Shown piece after piece: positions 8,706 to 17,595 of a stretch of DNA of 64,000 nt. Below the pieces are notes generated by a model that did no database searches, was not told where the DNA came from, and saw only the letters and a program-made list of their open reading frames with translations. The position numbers and the translations under genes are program-made. The first letter of the stretch is position 1; every line of letters starts with the position of its first letter. The stretch comes from an uncultured Chloroflexia bacterium (GTDB lineage Bacteria; Chloroflexota; Limnocylindria; Limnocylindrales; CSP1-4), in assembly GCA_963808895.1 (NCBI GenBank), contig CAWEHL010000004.1, positions 392,277 through 456,276 of the forward strand, read 5' to 3'.

Positions 8706-11303
8706 TTGTCTCAGATCTTCGAGACGCAATTCGGTGGTCGCACGCTGACCATCGAGACCGGCAAGCTCGCCCGACTCGCGGGCGGGTCCGTCACCGTCCG
8801 CTTCGGTGACACCATGGTGCTCGGCACCGCGAACCGGTCGGAACCCCGTCCCGGGCTCGATTTCTTCCCGCTCACGGTCGACTTCGAGGAGCGGATGTAC
8901 GCCGCGGGCAAGATCCCGGGCGGCTTCATCAAGCGCGAGGCGCGGCCGTCGGAAGCGGCCATCCTGGCGGCGCGTCTGACCGACCGCCCGATCCGCCCGC
9001 TCTTCCCCGATGGCTACAAGGACGACGTCCAGCTCGTCATCACGGTCCTCTCGACCGACCAGGAGAACGACCCCGACGTGCTCGGCACGGTCGCGGCGTC
9101 GGCGGCGCTGACGATCAGCGAGATCCCGTTCCTCGGCCCGATCGGCGCGGTGCGCGTGGGTCGGATCGACGGCGAGTTCGTCATCAACCCGACCTACAGC
9201 GACCTCGAGCGGTCGGAGCTCGACCTCGTCGTCTCCGGCACCCGCGACGCGATCATGATGGTCGAGGCGGGGGCCAAGCTCCTGCCCGAGGACATCATGG
9301 CCGAGGCGATCCTGTTCGGCCATCGCGCGATCCAGCCGCTGATCGACCTGCAGGAGGAGCTCCAGAAGGCGGTCGGCAAGACGAAGCGCATCCCGTACAT
9401 CGAGCCGTCGGCCGAGTCGGTGCTGGACTTCGTCGCTGCGGCCAAGGATGGTCGCGAGTTCGCGGTCATCGATGTCGAGACGACCGGCACCGACGCGGCC
9501 CTCGGCGACCTTCTCGAGGTCGCCGTCGTCAAGGTCACGCGACGGGGCGATCGGCGACCGCTGGTCGACGCTCGTGAACCCGGGCCGCCCGATCGTCGGG
9601 AATCAGCTCCACGGCCTGACCGACGCGGACGTCGCCGGTGCGCCGTCGCCGGCCGAAGCCGTCCAGCAGGCGCTCGACCATATCGGCGACGCGATCGTCG
9701 TCGGGCACAACGTCGGGTTCGATCTCGGCTTCCTCGAGGCCGCGTTGTCATCCGCCAAGCTCGAGCCCGGCCGCTACATCGATACGCTGGTCCTCGCCCG
9801 CGAGGGCTACCCCGAGATCGGGCAGTACAAGCTCGAGGGCCTGTCGTCGTTCTTCGGGATCGATCTCAGCCAGAACCATCGGGCGCTGCCCGATGCCGAA
9901 GCGACCGCTGCATTGCTGCTGTGGTTCGCCAACGACCTGCCCAGTCGCATCGAGACCCTGAAGGCGCAGATCGGCGACTCGATCCGGGCGCAACCGCTCG
10001 GGTGGTGACGCCAAGGGCCTGCTCGAGACGGCGCGCCGCAACGCCCGTGTCAGCAAGAGCCTGTTCGGGCTGATCCACAAGAAGACCGTCCGCAAGCTCG
10101 TTCTCGACGAGGGGATCCGGATGGACGGCCGCGGCGTCACGGATATCCGGCCCATCTCGGTCGACGTCGGGCTGGTCCCGCGGGCCCATGGCTCGGGGCT
10201 GTTCACGCGTGGTGACACGCAGGCGTTGACGATCGCGACGCTCGGCTCGTCCTCGGACGTCCAGCGGATCGACACGATCAGCCCGATCACCGAGAAGCGC
10301 TATCTCCACCACTACAACATGCCGCCGTACAGCACCGGCGAGAACAAGCCGATGCGTGGGCCCGGCCGGCGCGAGATCGGCCACGGCAACCTGGCCGAGC
10401 GGGCGCTGGTGCCCGTGCTTCCCGACCACGATGAGTTCCCGTACGTCATCCGCCTCGTCAGCGAGTGCGTGACGTCGAACGGGTCGACCTCGATGGCCTC
10501 GACCTGCGGCTCGACGCTCGCGCTGATGGATGCCGGTGTGCCGATCAAGGCCCCGGTCGCCGGCGCGGCGATGGGCCTGATGTCGGAGCCCGACGGCCGG
10601 TTCGCGGTCCTGACCGACATCCTCGGCAAGGAGGATGCCTTCGGTGACATGGACTTCAAGGTCACCGGCACGCGGAACGGCATCACCGCCCTGCAGATGG
10701 ACATCAAGGTCCAGGGCATCAACGAGGCGATCATCCGCGACGGGCTGAAGCAGGCCCTCGACTGCGCGGCTGTTCATCTTCGACAAGATGACCGAGGTGC
10801 TGCCCGAGGCGCGCGGCGAGATGAGCGACTTCGCTCCGCGCATCATCACGATCAAGATCAACCCCGAGAAGATCCGCGAGATCATCGGCAAGGGCGGATC
10901 GATGATCCGCAAGATCCAGGAAGAGACCCAGACCGAGATCAACGTCGAGGACGACGGGACCGTGGAGATCGCGGCCGTGTCCGGCGAGAACTCGCGCAAG
11001 GCGATCCAGTGGATCGAGTCACTGACCCGCGAGGTCGAGATCGGGGCGCTCTATCTCGGCAAGGTCACCCGGATCATGGGCTTCGGCGCCTTCGTCGAGA
11101 TCCTGCCGGGCAAGGAGGGTCTGGTCCGCATCGGCGAGCTCGCCGACTACCACGTGCCCACCGTCGAGGACGTCGTGTCCGTCGGCGATGAGGTGATGGT
11201 CGTCGTGACCGAGATCGACCGCCAGGGCCGGGTCAATCTCTCGCGCAAGGCGGCGATGCAGCGGCATCTCGCCAAGGAGACCGTCGGCAGCGGCACGGAA
11301 TAG
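8706..11303 (+). CDS. pnp: Polyribonucleotide nucleotidyltransferase (PNPase) with an inserted DEDDh exonuclease domain; reading frame broken three times (+1 each) in this assembly
   Basis: Four collinear pieces. 8706-~9537, frame 0: RNase PH-1 ([29 protein letters not shown]...). ~9538-~10002, frame 1: exonuclease insert. ~10003-~10760, frame 2: [37 protein letters not shown], RNase PH-2. ~10762-11303, frame 0: KH ([11 protein letters not shown]) and S1 ([15 protein letters not shown]). Length 2598 = 865 codons + 3 extra bases. Confidence 0.9.
9453..10003 (+). other. DEDDh (DnaQ/RNase T/Orn-like) 3'-5' exonuclease domain embedded in pnp
   Basis: Exo I: [10 protein letters not shown]. Exo II: [13 protein letters not shown]. 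Exo III: [14 protein letters not shown]. PNPase linker sequence flanks it on both sides, with no start or stop signal of its own. Confidence 0.8.
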
Positions 11304-11353
11304 GCTCGCCGGGGCCGGCCTCGCGGCCGGCTCGAACACCAACGTTCGCTCAC

Positions 11354-11379
11354 GAGACCCGGCTCAGCTGCCGGGTCTC
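11354..11379 (+). terminator. Hairpin terminator downstream of pnp
   Basis: GAGACCCGGC (11354-11363), loop TCAGCT, GCCGGGTCTC (11370-11379). The 10-bp perfect stem lies 50 nt after the pnp stop. No T-tract, which is common in GC-rich genomes. Confidence 0.55.
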
Positions 11380-11520
11380 GGTCTGTCCAGCCTGCCTCGC
11401 CCGAGCCCGCCCCTCATCTGGCTGATTCACATCGTGATCACACCCCAGCGAACGGGGTCGCGAGGAGGCCCACTGCTATACTCCCGCCGTGCCCGACCTG
11501 ATCAAGACCACAGCGGAGCC

Positions 11521-12594
11521 ATGCCCAACGTGATCGCCAAGCCCCTCACCGTCGCGGTCGTCGGCGCTACCGGCCTGGTCGGCAGGACGATGACGCGCCT
11601 GCTCGTCGAGCGGGCCTTCCCGTTCACCGAGCTGCGGCTGCTCGCGAGCGAGCGCAGCGCCGGCACCGAGGTCGATGTCGCGGGCACCGTCCACACGGTT
11701 CGCCAGGCCACGCCCGATGCGTTCGACGGGGTCGACATCGCGCTGTTCAGCGCCGGGGGAGATACCTCCACGGCACTCGCCCCGGCAGCCGCGAAGCGCG
11801 GCGCCACAGTGATCGACAACTCGAGCGCCTGGCGGATGGATCCATCCGTCCCGCTCGTGGTGAGCCAGGTCAATCCAGACGACCTGGTGCGGCACGAGGG
11901 CATCATCGCGAACCCGAACTGCTCGACGATGCAGCTCGTCCCCGTGCTCATGGCCCTGCGCGATAGCGTCGGTCTCGAGCGTGTCGTGGTCGACACGTAC
12001 CAGGCGGTGTCGGGCACCGGCGGCAAGGCGACGCGCGAGCTTCAGGACCAGGTCGAGGCATACGTCGAGCAGCGTCCGCTGACCACGAACGTCTACCCGC
12101 ACCAGGTCGCCTTCAACGCCCTACCGCAGGTCGATGTCTTCCTCGACAACGGGTACACGAAGGAGGAGTGGAAGCTCGTCACGGAAAGCCGGAAGATCCT
12201 CCACCTGCCGGACCTGCGCATCTCGAGCACAGCCGTACGCATCCCGGTCTTCGTGGCGCACTCGGAGGCCGTCCACGTGGAGACGACCGATCCGATCACA
12301 CCCGATCGGGCTCGTACGCTGTTCGCCGCGGTCCCCGGGGTCGTCGTCCAGGACGATCCGTCGACATCGACCTATCCGCTCGCGACGACGGCGGCCGGCA
12401 GCGATGAGGTGTTCGTCGGGCGCATCCGGCAGGATCCGTCGATCGCGGGCGGTCGCGGCCTGGCGTTCTGGGTCGTGAGCGACAACCTGCGCAAGGGCGC
12501 CGCGACCAACGCTGTCGAGCTCGCGGAGATCCTCGTCGAGCGGGGCTGGGTCAGGGCCGCCGCGACACGGGACGCGGCCGGATCCCCCGCGTGA
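11521..12594 (+). CDS. asd: Aspartate-semialdehyde dehydrogenase
   Basis: VAVVGATGLVGRTM, FSAGGDTS, NSSAWRMDPSVPLVVSQVNP and ANPNCSTMQL (active-site Cys). ATG 11521 is preferred over the ORF-track start 11434. Confidence 0.92.
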   Translation: MPNVIAKPLTVAVVGATGLVGRTMTRLLVERAFPFTELRLLASERSAGTEVDVAGTVHTVRQATPDAFDGVDIALFSAGGDTSTALAPAAAKRGATVIDNSSAWRMDPSVPLVVSQVNPDDLVRHEGIIANPNCSTMQLVPVLMALRDSVGLERVVVDTYQAVSGTGGKATRELQDQVEAYVEQRPLTTNVYPHQVAFNALPQVDVFLDNGYTKEEWKLVTESRKILHLPDLRISSTAVRIPVFVAHSEAVHVETTDPITPDRARTLFAAVPGVVVQDDPSTSTYPLATTAAGSDEVFVGRIRQDPSIAGGRGLAFWVVSDNLRKGAATNAVELAEILVERGWVRAAATRDAAGSPA

Positions 12595-13313
12595 CCGACG
12601 CCGAGCGCCGAGCGGCGCTCGAGGCGATCGCGGCGGAGGTCCGCGACTGCACCCGCTGCCGGCTCCATGCGACCCGGACGAACGCCGTCCCCGGCGAAGG
12701 TGACCCCTCGACGGAGGTCGTGTTCATCGGCGAGGGCCCGGGCCAGAACGAGGACCTCGAGGGTCGACCGTTCGTCGGCCGTGCCGGCGGCCTCCTCGTG
12801 AACCTGCTCGGCCACATCGGCTGGACGCGGGATGACGTCTTCATCACCAACATCGTCAAATGCCGGCCGCCGGGCAACCGTGACCCAGAGCCCGATGAGG
12901 TCGCGGCGTGCGCGCCGTACCTGCACCGCCAGCTCGAGGCACTCGATCCGGCCGTGATCGTGACCCTCGGCCGTCACTCGATGGGGCGGTTCATGCCGGG
13001 TGCGCGCATCTCGCAGGCGCACGGCACGACGGGACCGGTCGATCCGGCGACCGGCGCAGAGGACGCCACGGTCTTCGCGATGTACCACCCCGCCGCGGCT
13101 CTGCGGACGCCGTCCATCGAGCGCGAGAGTTACGAGGACGTGGCACGCATCCCGGGCGTGCTCCTCGAATCGCGCGAACGACGGCGTGAGGATCGCCTCG
13201 CCCGCCGCGAGGCCGCGTTGGCCGCCTCCGCCGCCACCGCGGCGACATCACCCATCGGCCCGGTCATCGTCGATCCAGACACGGATCCGACCGACCAACT
13301 CACCTTCTTCTGA
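12591..13313 (+). CDS. Family 4 uracil-DNA glycosylase
   Basis: CTRCRLHATRTNAVPGEGDP..VVFIGEGPGQNEDLEGRPFVGRAGGLL..ITNIVKCRPPGNRDP..HPAAALR. GTGA overlap with the asd stop. Confidence 0.9.
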   Translation: MTDAERRAALEAIAAEVRDCTRCRLHATRTNAVPGEGDPSTEVVFIGEGPGQNEDLEGRPFVGRAGGLLVNLLGHIGWTRDDVFITNIVKCRPPGNRDPEPDEVAACAPYLHRQLEALDPAVIVTLGRHSMGRFMPGARISQAHGTTGPVDPATGAEDATVFAMYHPAAALRTPSIERESYEDVARIPGVLLESRERRREDRLARREAALAASAATAATSPIGPVIVDPDTDPTDQLTFF

Positions 13314-13333
13314 ATCACAAGCAACAGGTACCC

Positions 13334-15004
13334 ATGATCAACAGCCCGGACACGCCGCTCCGCATCATCCCGCTCGGCGGGGTGGGGGAGATCGGCAAGA
13401 ACATGTACGTCTTCGAATACGGCGATGACATCGTCGTCATCGACTGCGGATTGATGTTCCCCGACGAGGAGATGTTCGGCATCGACCTCGTCATCCCCGA
13501 CGTCTCCTATCTCAAGGAACGGCGCGACAAGGTGCGCGCGTTCCTCATCACCCACGCACACGAGGACCACGTCGGCGCGCTGCCGTACGTCCTGCCCGAG
13601 TTCCCGGGCGTGCCGATCTACGCGAGCACGCTCGCGCGCGGCCTCCTCAGCGTGAAGGTCAAGGAGCACAAGCTCCACGACAACCCGATGCACGCGCTCG
13701 ACCCAGGCGACGAGCTCGACATCGGCCCGTTCCACGTCATCCCGTTCCGCGTCGGGCACTCGATCCCCGACGCGATGGGGATCGCGCTCAAGACCCCCGC
13801 CGGGACGGTCGTCCACACGGGCGATTTCAAGTTCGACCACACACCGGTCGACGGCAAGCTCTCGGACTTCGCGATCCTCGCCAGGCTCGGTGCGGAAGGG
13901 GTCGCGTGCCTCCTGTCCGACTCGACCCGGGCCGAGAACCCCGGATACACCCCTTCGGAGCGGACCGTCGGCGAGGCCTTCCGCGAGATCATGGAGCCGC
14001 TCGAGGGCCGCGTGATCGTCGCGACGTTCGCCAGCAACATCGCGCGCATCCAGCAAGTGCTCGATGCCGCCGCTGATATGAGCCGAGACGTCTCGGTCAT
14101 CGGTCGGTCGATGGAGCAGAACTTCCGCATCGCGACCGAGCTCGGCTATCTCACCTACGAGCCGTCGCGGATCATCTCGAAGGACCGCATCAAGGACTAC
14201 GAGGACGGCAAGCTCGTCATCGCCACGACCGGGGCCCAGGGCGAGCCGATGGCAGGCCTCGCCCGGATGGCCAACCGCGACCATCGATTCGTCGAGATCC
14301 AGCCCGGCGACACGGTCATCGTCAGCGCCAGCCCGATCCCAGGCAACGAGGAATACGTCTCGCGGACGATCGACAACCTGTTCAAGGCCGGCGCGAACGT
14401 CTACTACCACACGATCAAGCGCGCGCATGTCTCGGGCCACGCGAGCCAGGAAGAGCTCAAGCTCATGCTCGGCCTCACCAAGCCGAAGCATTTCATCCCG
14501 ATCCATGGCGAATTCCGGATGCAGGTCCAACACGGTCGTCTCGCGATCGAGACCGGCGTCGATCCGGCCAACGTGTTCATCATCGAGAACGGCACGCCGA
14601 TCGAGTTGTTCGCCGATGGATCGGCGCGGCGCGGCAGCCCGGTGACGGCGGGCTATGTGTTCGTCGACGGCCTGTCCGTCGGCGACGTCGGTGAGGTCGT
14701 GCTGCGCGACCGCCGCTCGCTCGCCAACGACGGCATCTTCATGATCGTGGTCACGGTCGACAAGCAGACCGGGTCGGTCGTCGGGCGACCCGAGATCGTG
14801 ACGCGCGGCTTCGTCCACATGAACGAGCAGGACCCGCGCATCGAGGAAGCCATCGATCGGGTGATCAGCGCCGTCGACACGCCCGGTGACCACATCAGCG
14901 AGATCGGGCTCCTGAAGAGCCAGATCAAGGACGCGGTATCGACCTTCCTGTACGAGCAGACCAAGCGGCGCCCGCTCGTGTTCCCCGTCGTGGTCGAGGT
15001 CTGA
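13334..15004 (+). CDS. rnj: Ribonuclease J
   Basis: LRIIPLGGVGEIGKNMYVFEY, ITHAHEDHVGALPY (metallo-beta-lactamase motif), plus beta-CASP and C-terminal regions; 556 aa. Confidence 0.93.
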   Translation: MINSPDTPLRIIPLGGVGEIGKNMYVFEYGDDIVVIDCGLMFPDEEMFGIDLVIPDVSYLKERRDKVRAFLITHAHEDHVGALPYVLPEFPGVPIYASTLARGLLSVKVKEHKLHDNPMHALDPGDELDIGPFHVIPFRVGHSIPDAMGIALKTPAGTVVHTGDFKFDHTPVDGKLSDFAILARLGAEGVACLLSDSTRAENPGYTPSERTVGEAFREIMEPLEGRVIVATFASNIARIQQVLDAAADMSRDVSVIGRSMEQNFRIATELGYLTYEPSRIISKDRIKDYEDGKLVIATTGAQGEPMAGLARMANRDHRFVEIQPGDTVIVSASPIPGNEEYVSRTIDNLFKAGANVYYHTIKRAHVSGHASQEELKLMLGLTKPKHFIPIHGEFRMQVQHGRLAIETGVDPANVFIIENGTPIELFADGSARRGSPVTAGYVFVDGLSVGDVGEVVLRDRRSLANDGIFMIVVTVDKQTGSVVGRPEIVTRGFVHMNEQDPRIEEAIDRVISAVDTPGDHISEIGLLKSQIKDAVSTFLYEQTKRRPLVFPVVVEV

Positions 15005-15006
15005 CC

Positions 15007-17463
15007 GTGGCCAAGGCACGCCGGACGAGTCCTCGAGCGGCCAGTCGAGCGCCGCGCGGCCGCTCGACCACCGCGCGCTTCCGGCGGGACGTCGCCCGGA
15101 TCTTCACGCCCGAGGTCGTCCGCTCGATCGTCGGGACGGCGATGATGGCACTCGGTGCGATCACGCTGATCGCGCTGATCCTGCCAGGGCAGGGTGCGCT
15201 CACCGACTGGTGGCGCGACTCGATCGCGCCTTGGTTCGAGACCGGCCGCTGGCTGCTCCCGTTCCTGCTGCTCGGTGGGGGCTGGTACGTGGCCGGCGGA
15301 CCTGGCCGGGCGCCCGGGTCTGGCTGGGGGATGACGATCGCAGGGCTGGCGATCGCGTACATCGCGGCGCTGGGCGCGTTCGAAGTGCTCAAGATCGAAC
15401 TGTTCGACACGGAGCGGGGCGGCGGGCGTATCGGGCGGTTCCTGGCCGGGACGCTGCAGCCATTGCTCACCGGGCCCGGCACGTTCGTGCTGCTCGCGGC
15501 GGTCGCGGGTCTTGGGCTGATGCTCGCGTTCAACCTCCAGCTGCGGGATCTCATCGCGCCGTTCACGGGCGCCGCTCGGTGGGTCGGTTCGACGACGGCC
15601 GACTCGATGCGTCGAGCGAACGAGGCCAGGCCGCAGAAACCCGCGCAGCCGGCGGCCTCGCGCGCGGCGAAGGCCGCCGCCGCCGCTGCCGCCAAGCCCC
15701 CGGTCGCCGTCCCGATGGCCACCGCCGATGAGCTGGCGGCTGCCCGGAGCATCCTCGATGAGCCCGCGCCGCTGTCGAACCAGTCGCCGGTCAGCCAGAC
15801 CGTCTGGACAGGTCCGCTCGACGGCGGATCGAGCGGTGCTGCGGCACGTCTCAGCCGCGTCCCGGAAAACGGGAACGGCGTCGGCAGCGGGACGAGCCGG
15901 GTCGCGACCGCGGTCGCCGCACACCTTCCGACCGCCCTGGAGTCGCTCAACGCGATCGCCTGGACCCTGCCCTCGGTCGAGCTGCTCGAGCCGCGTGCCG
16001 CGGGGCGCGTCGGTGCCGGCGTCGACCACGAGTCGAACAAGCGGCGCATCGAAGAGAAGCTCTTGAGCTTCTCGATCCCGGCCAAGGTCGTGGCCGTCAA
16101 CTCCGGGCCGGTGGTGACCCAGTACGAGGTCCGTCCCGAGCATCACGTCAAGGTGTCGCGCATCGAGGCCCTGGCCGACGACCTGGCGATGGCCCTGGCG
16201 GCCCGCTCGATCCGGATCGAGGCGCCGATCCCGGGCAAGGACGTCGTCGGCATCGAGATCCCGAACTCCGTCAGCGAGGTCGTCGGCTTCAAGCCGCTCG
16301 TCGACGAGAGCGGGATGCTCGGTTCGACGAGCCCGCTCACGTTCGCCCTCGGACGCGACGTGTCGGGCAAGGCCTACGCGGTCGATCTGGCCAAGATGCC
16401 CCACCTGCTGGTCGCCGGCGCGACGGGCTCGGGCAAGAGCGTGTGCGTCAACGCCCTGATCACCAGCCTGCTCATGCGAGCCCGCCCGGACGAGGTGCGG
16501 CTGATCCTGGTCGACCTCAAGCGCGTCGAGCTGGCGCCCTACAACGGGCTGCCGCATCTGCTTCAGCACGTCATCGTCGAGCCTGGCGAGGCCAAGGCCG
16601 TGCTCAACTGGGCGGTCCGCGAGATGGAGGAGCGCTACAAGCTCCTGGCCGCCCACGGCGTGCGCAACATCGCCGCCTTCAACGATCGGCCGGAGGCCGC
16701 CGGCAACGGCAGCGGTGAGGGCGACGAGACCGCCGAGCGGATGCCCTACATCGTGCTGATCATCGACGAACTGGCCGACCTGATCATGCGCGAGGGCCGG
16801 AAGGTCGAGGATCCCGTCGTCAAGATCGCCCAGAAGGCACGCGCCGTCGGCATCCACCTCGTGCTCGCCACCCAGCGTCCATCGGTGAACGTCGTGACCG
16901 GCCTGATCAAGGCCAACGTGCCGTCGCGGATCGCGTTCGCGATGGCATCGATGGTCGACTCCCGCACGGTGCTCGACGCGCCCGGCGCCGAGGACCTCAT
17001 CGGCCGCGGCGACATGCTCTACCAGCCCGTCGACCTGCCGCGCCCGGTGCGCATGCAGGGCGTGTTCGTGAGCGACCGCGAGGTCGGCTCGATCACCAAG
17101 CACTGGCTCGACCAGACCGACGGCCGGACCTTCTACGACGAGGGCATCCTCGCGTTCGCCGACCCCGAGGACGGCGGGGGTGGCGGCGACGGCGGCCAGT
17201 TCGCCTGGTTGCGCAAGCTCGGCGTCGACGAGATGACCGTGCCCGCGGCTGAACTCGTGACCAGCAGCCAGCGCGCGAGCACCTCGATGCTCCAGACCAA
17301 GTTGAAGCTCGGCTTCGCGCGGGCGAGCCGGGTCATGGACGAGCTCGAGCGCTACGGGATCATCGGGCCGCAGGATCCGCGGAATCCCGCCACCCCGCGC
17401 CAGATCTACGGCCCCGACAACTGGTTCCGTACCCAGGACGATATCGACGATCCGGGCGACTGA
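15007..17463 (+). CDS. ftsK: DNA translocase FtsK/SpoIIIE
   Basis: N-terminal TM segments, an Ala/Pro linker, Walker A VAGATGSGKSVCVNALI, Walker B IVLIIDELADL, and a gamma wHTH (STSMLQTKLKLGFARASRVMDELE). Confidence 0.95.
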   Translation: MAKARRTSPRAASRAPRGRSTTARFRRDVARIFTPEVVRSIVGTAMMALGAITLIALILPGQGALTDWWRDSIAPWFETGRWLLPFLLLGGGWYVAGGPGRAPGSGWGMTIAGLAIAYIAALGAFEVLKIELFDTERGGGRIGRFLAGTLQPLLTGPGTFVLLAAVAGLGLMLAFNLQLRDLIAPFTGAARWVGSTTADSMRRANEARPQKPAQPAASRAAKAAAAAAAKPPVAVPMATADELAAARSILDEPAPLSNQSPVSQTVWTGPLDGGSSGAAARLSRVPENGNGVGSGTSRVATAVAAHLPTALESLNAIAWTLPSVELLEPRAAGRVGAGVDHESNKRRIEEKLLSFSIPAKVVAVNSGPVVTQYEVRPEHHVKVSRIEALADDLAMALAARSIRIEAPIPGKDVVGIEIPNSVSEVVGFKPLVDESGMLGSTSPLTFALGRDVSGKAYAVDLAKMPHLLVAGATGSGKSVCVNALITSLLMRARPDEVRLILVDLKRVELAPYNGLPHLLQHVIVEPGEAKAVLNWAVREMEERYKLLAAHGVRNIAAFNDRPEAAGNGSGEGDETAERMPYIVLIIDELADLIMREGRKVEDPVVKIAQKARAVGIHLVLATQRPSVNVVTGLIKANVPSRIAFAMASMVDSRTVLDAPGAEDLIGRGDMLYQPVDLPRPVRMQGVFVSDREVGSITKHWLDQTDGRTFYDEGILAFADPEDGGGGGDGGQFAWLRKLGVDEMTVPAAELVTSSQRASTSMLQTKLKLGFARASRVMDELERYGIIGPQDPRNPATPRQIYGPDNWFRTQDDIDDPGD

Positions 17464-17595
17464 GCAGGCCCGAACGTACCTCTGGCCGGCCGGCCGAGGG
17501 CCTGCGGTATCCTGTGCGTCGAACGGTCGCTCGGGCGGCGCGGCGCCTGGTGGCCGGCACCGACCCGAGCAGCACGAGCAGGACGGGACTGCCTA

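Noticed and set aside
9453-10003. The exonuclease segment in pnp as an intein, a nested independent gene or a mobile insertion.
   Set aside because: There are no intein splice-junction residues or blocks (no Cys/Ser/Thr at the N-junction, no His-Asn plus nucleophile at the C-junction). There is no RBS, start or stop, and no flanking direct or inverted repeats. PNPase linker sequence resumes immediately on both sides.
14653-17103. 816-aa ORF on the minus strand opposite ftsK. Similar long antisense ORFs occur at 2097..3863 (opposite infB), 13130..15019 (rnj), 19328..20668 (murC), 22556..24148 (TPP enzyme), 8241..9323 (rpsO/pnp), 54260..55279 (yihY) and 61772..63175.
   Set aside because: Their translations are Arg/Gly/Asp/Pro-rich low complexity with no motifs. 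Stop-free antisense frames of this kind are expected in very GC-rich coding DNA. In every case the opposite strand carries a gene with unambiguous family signatures.
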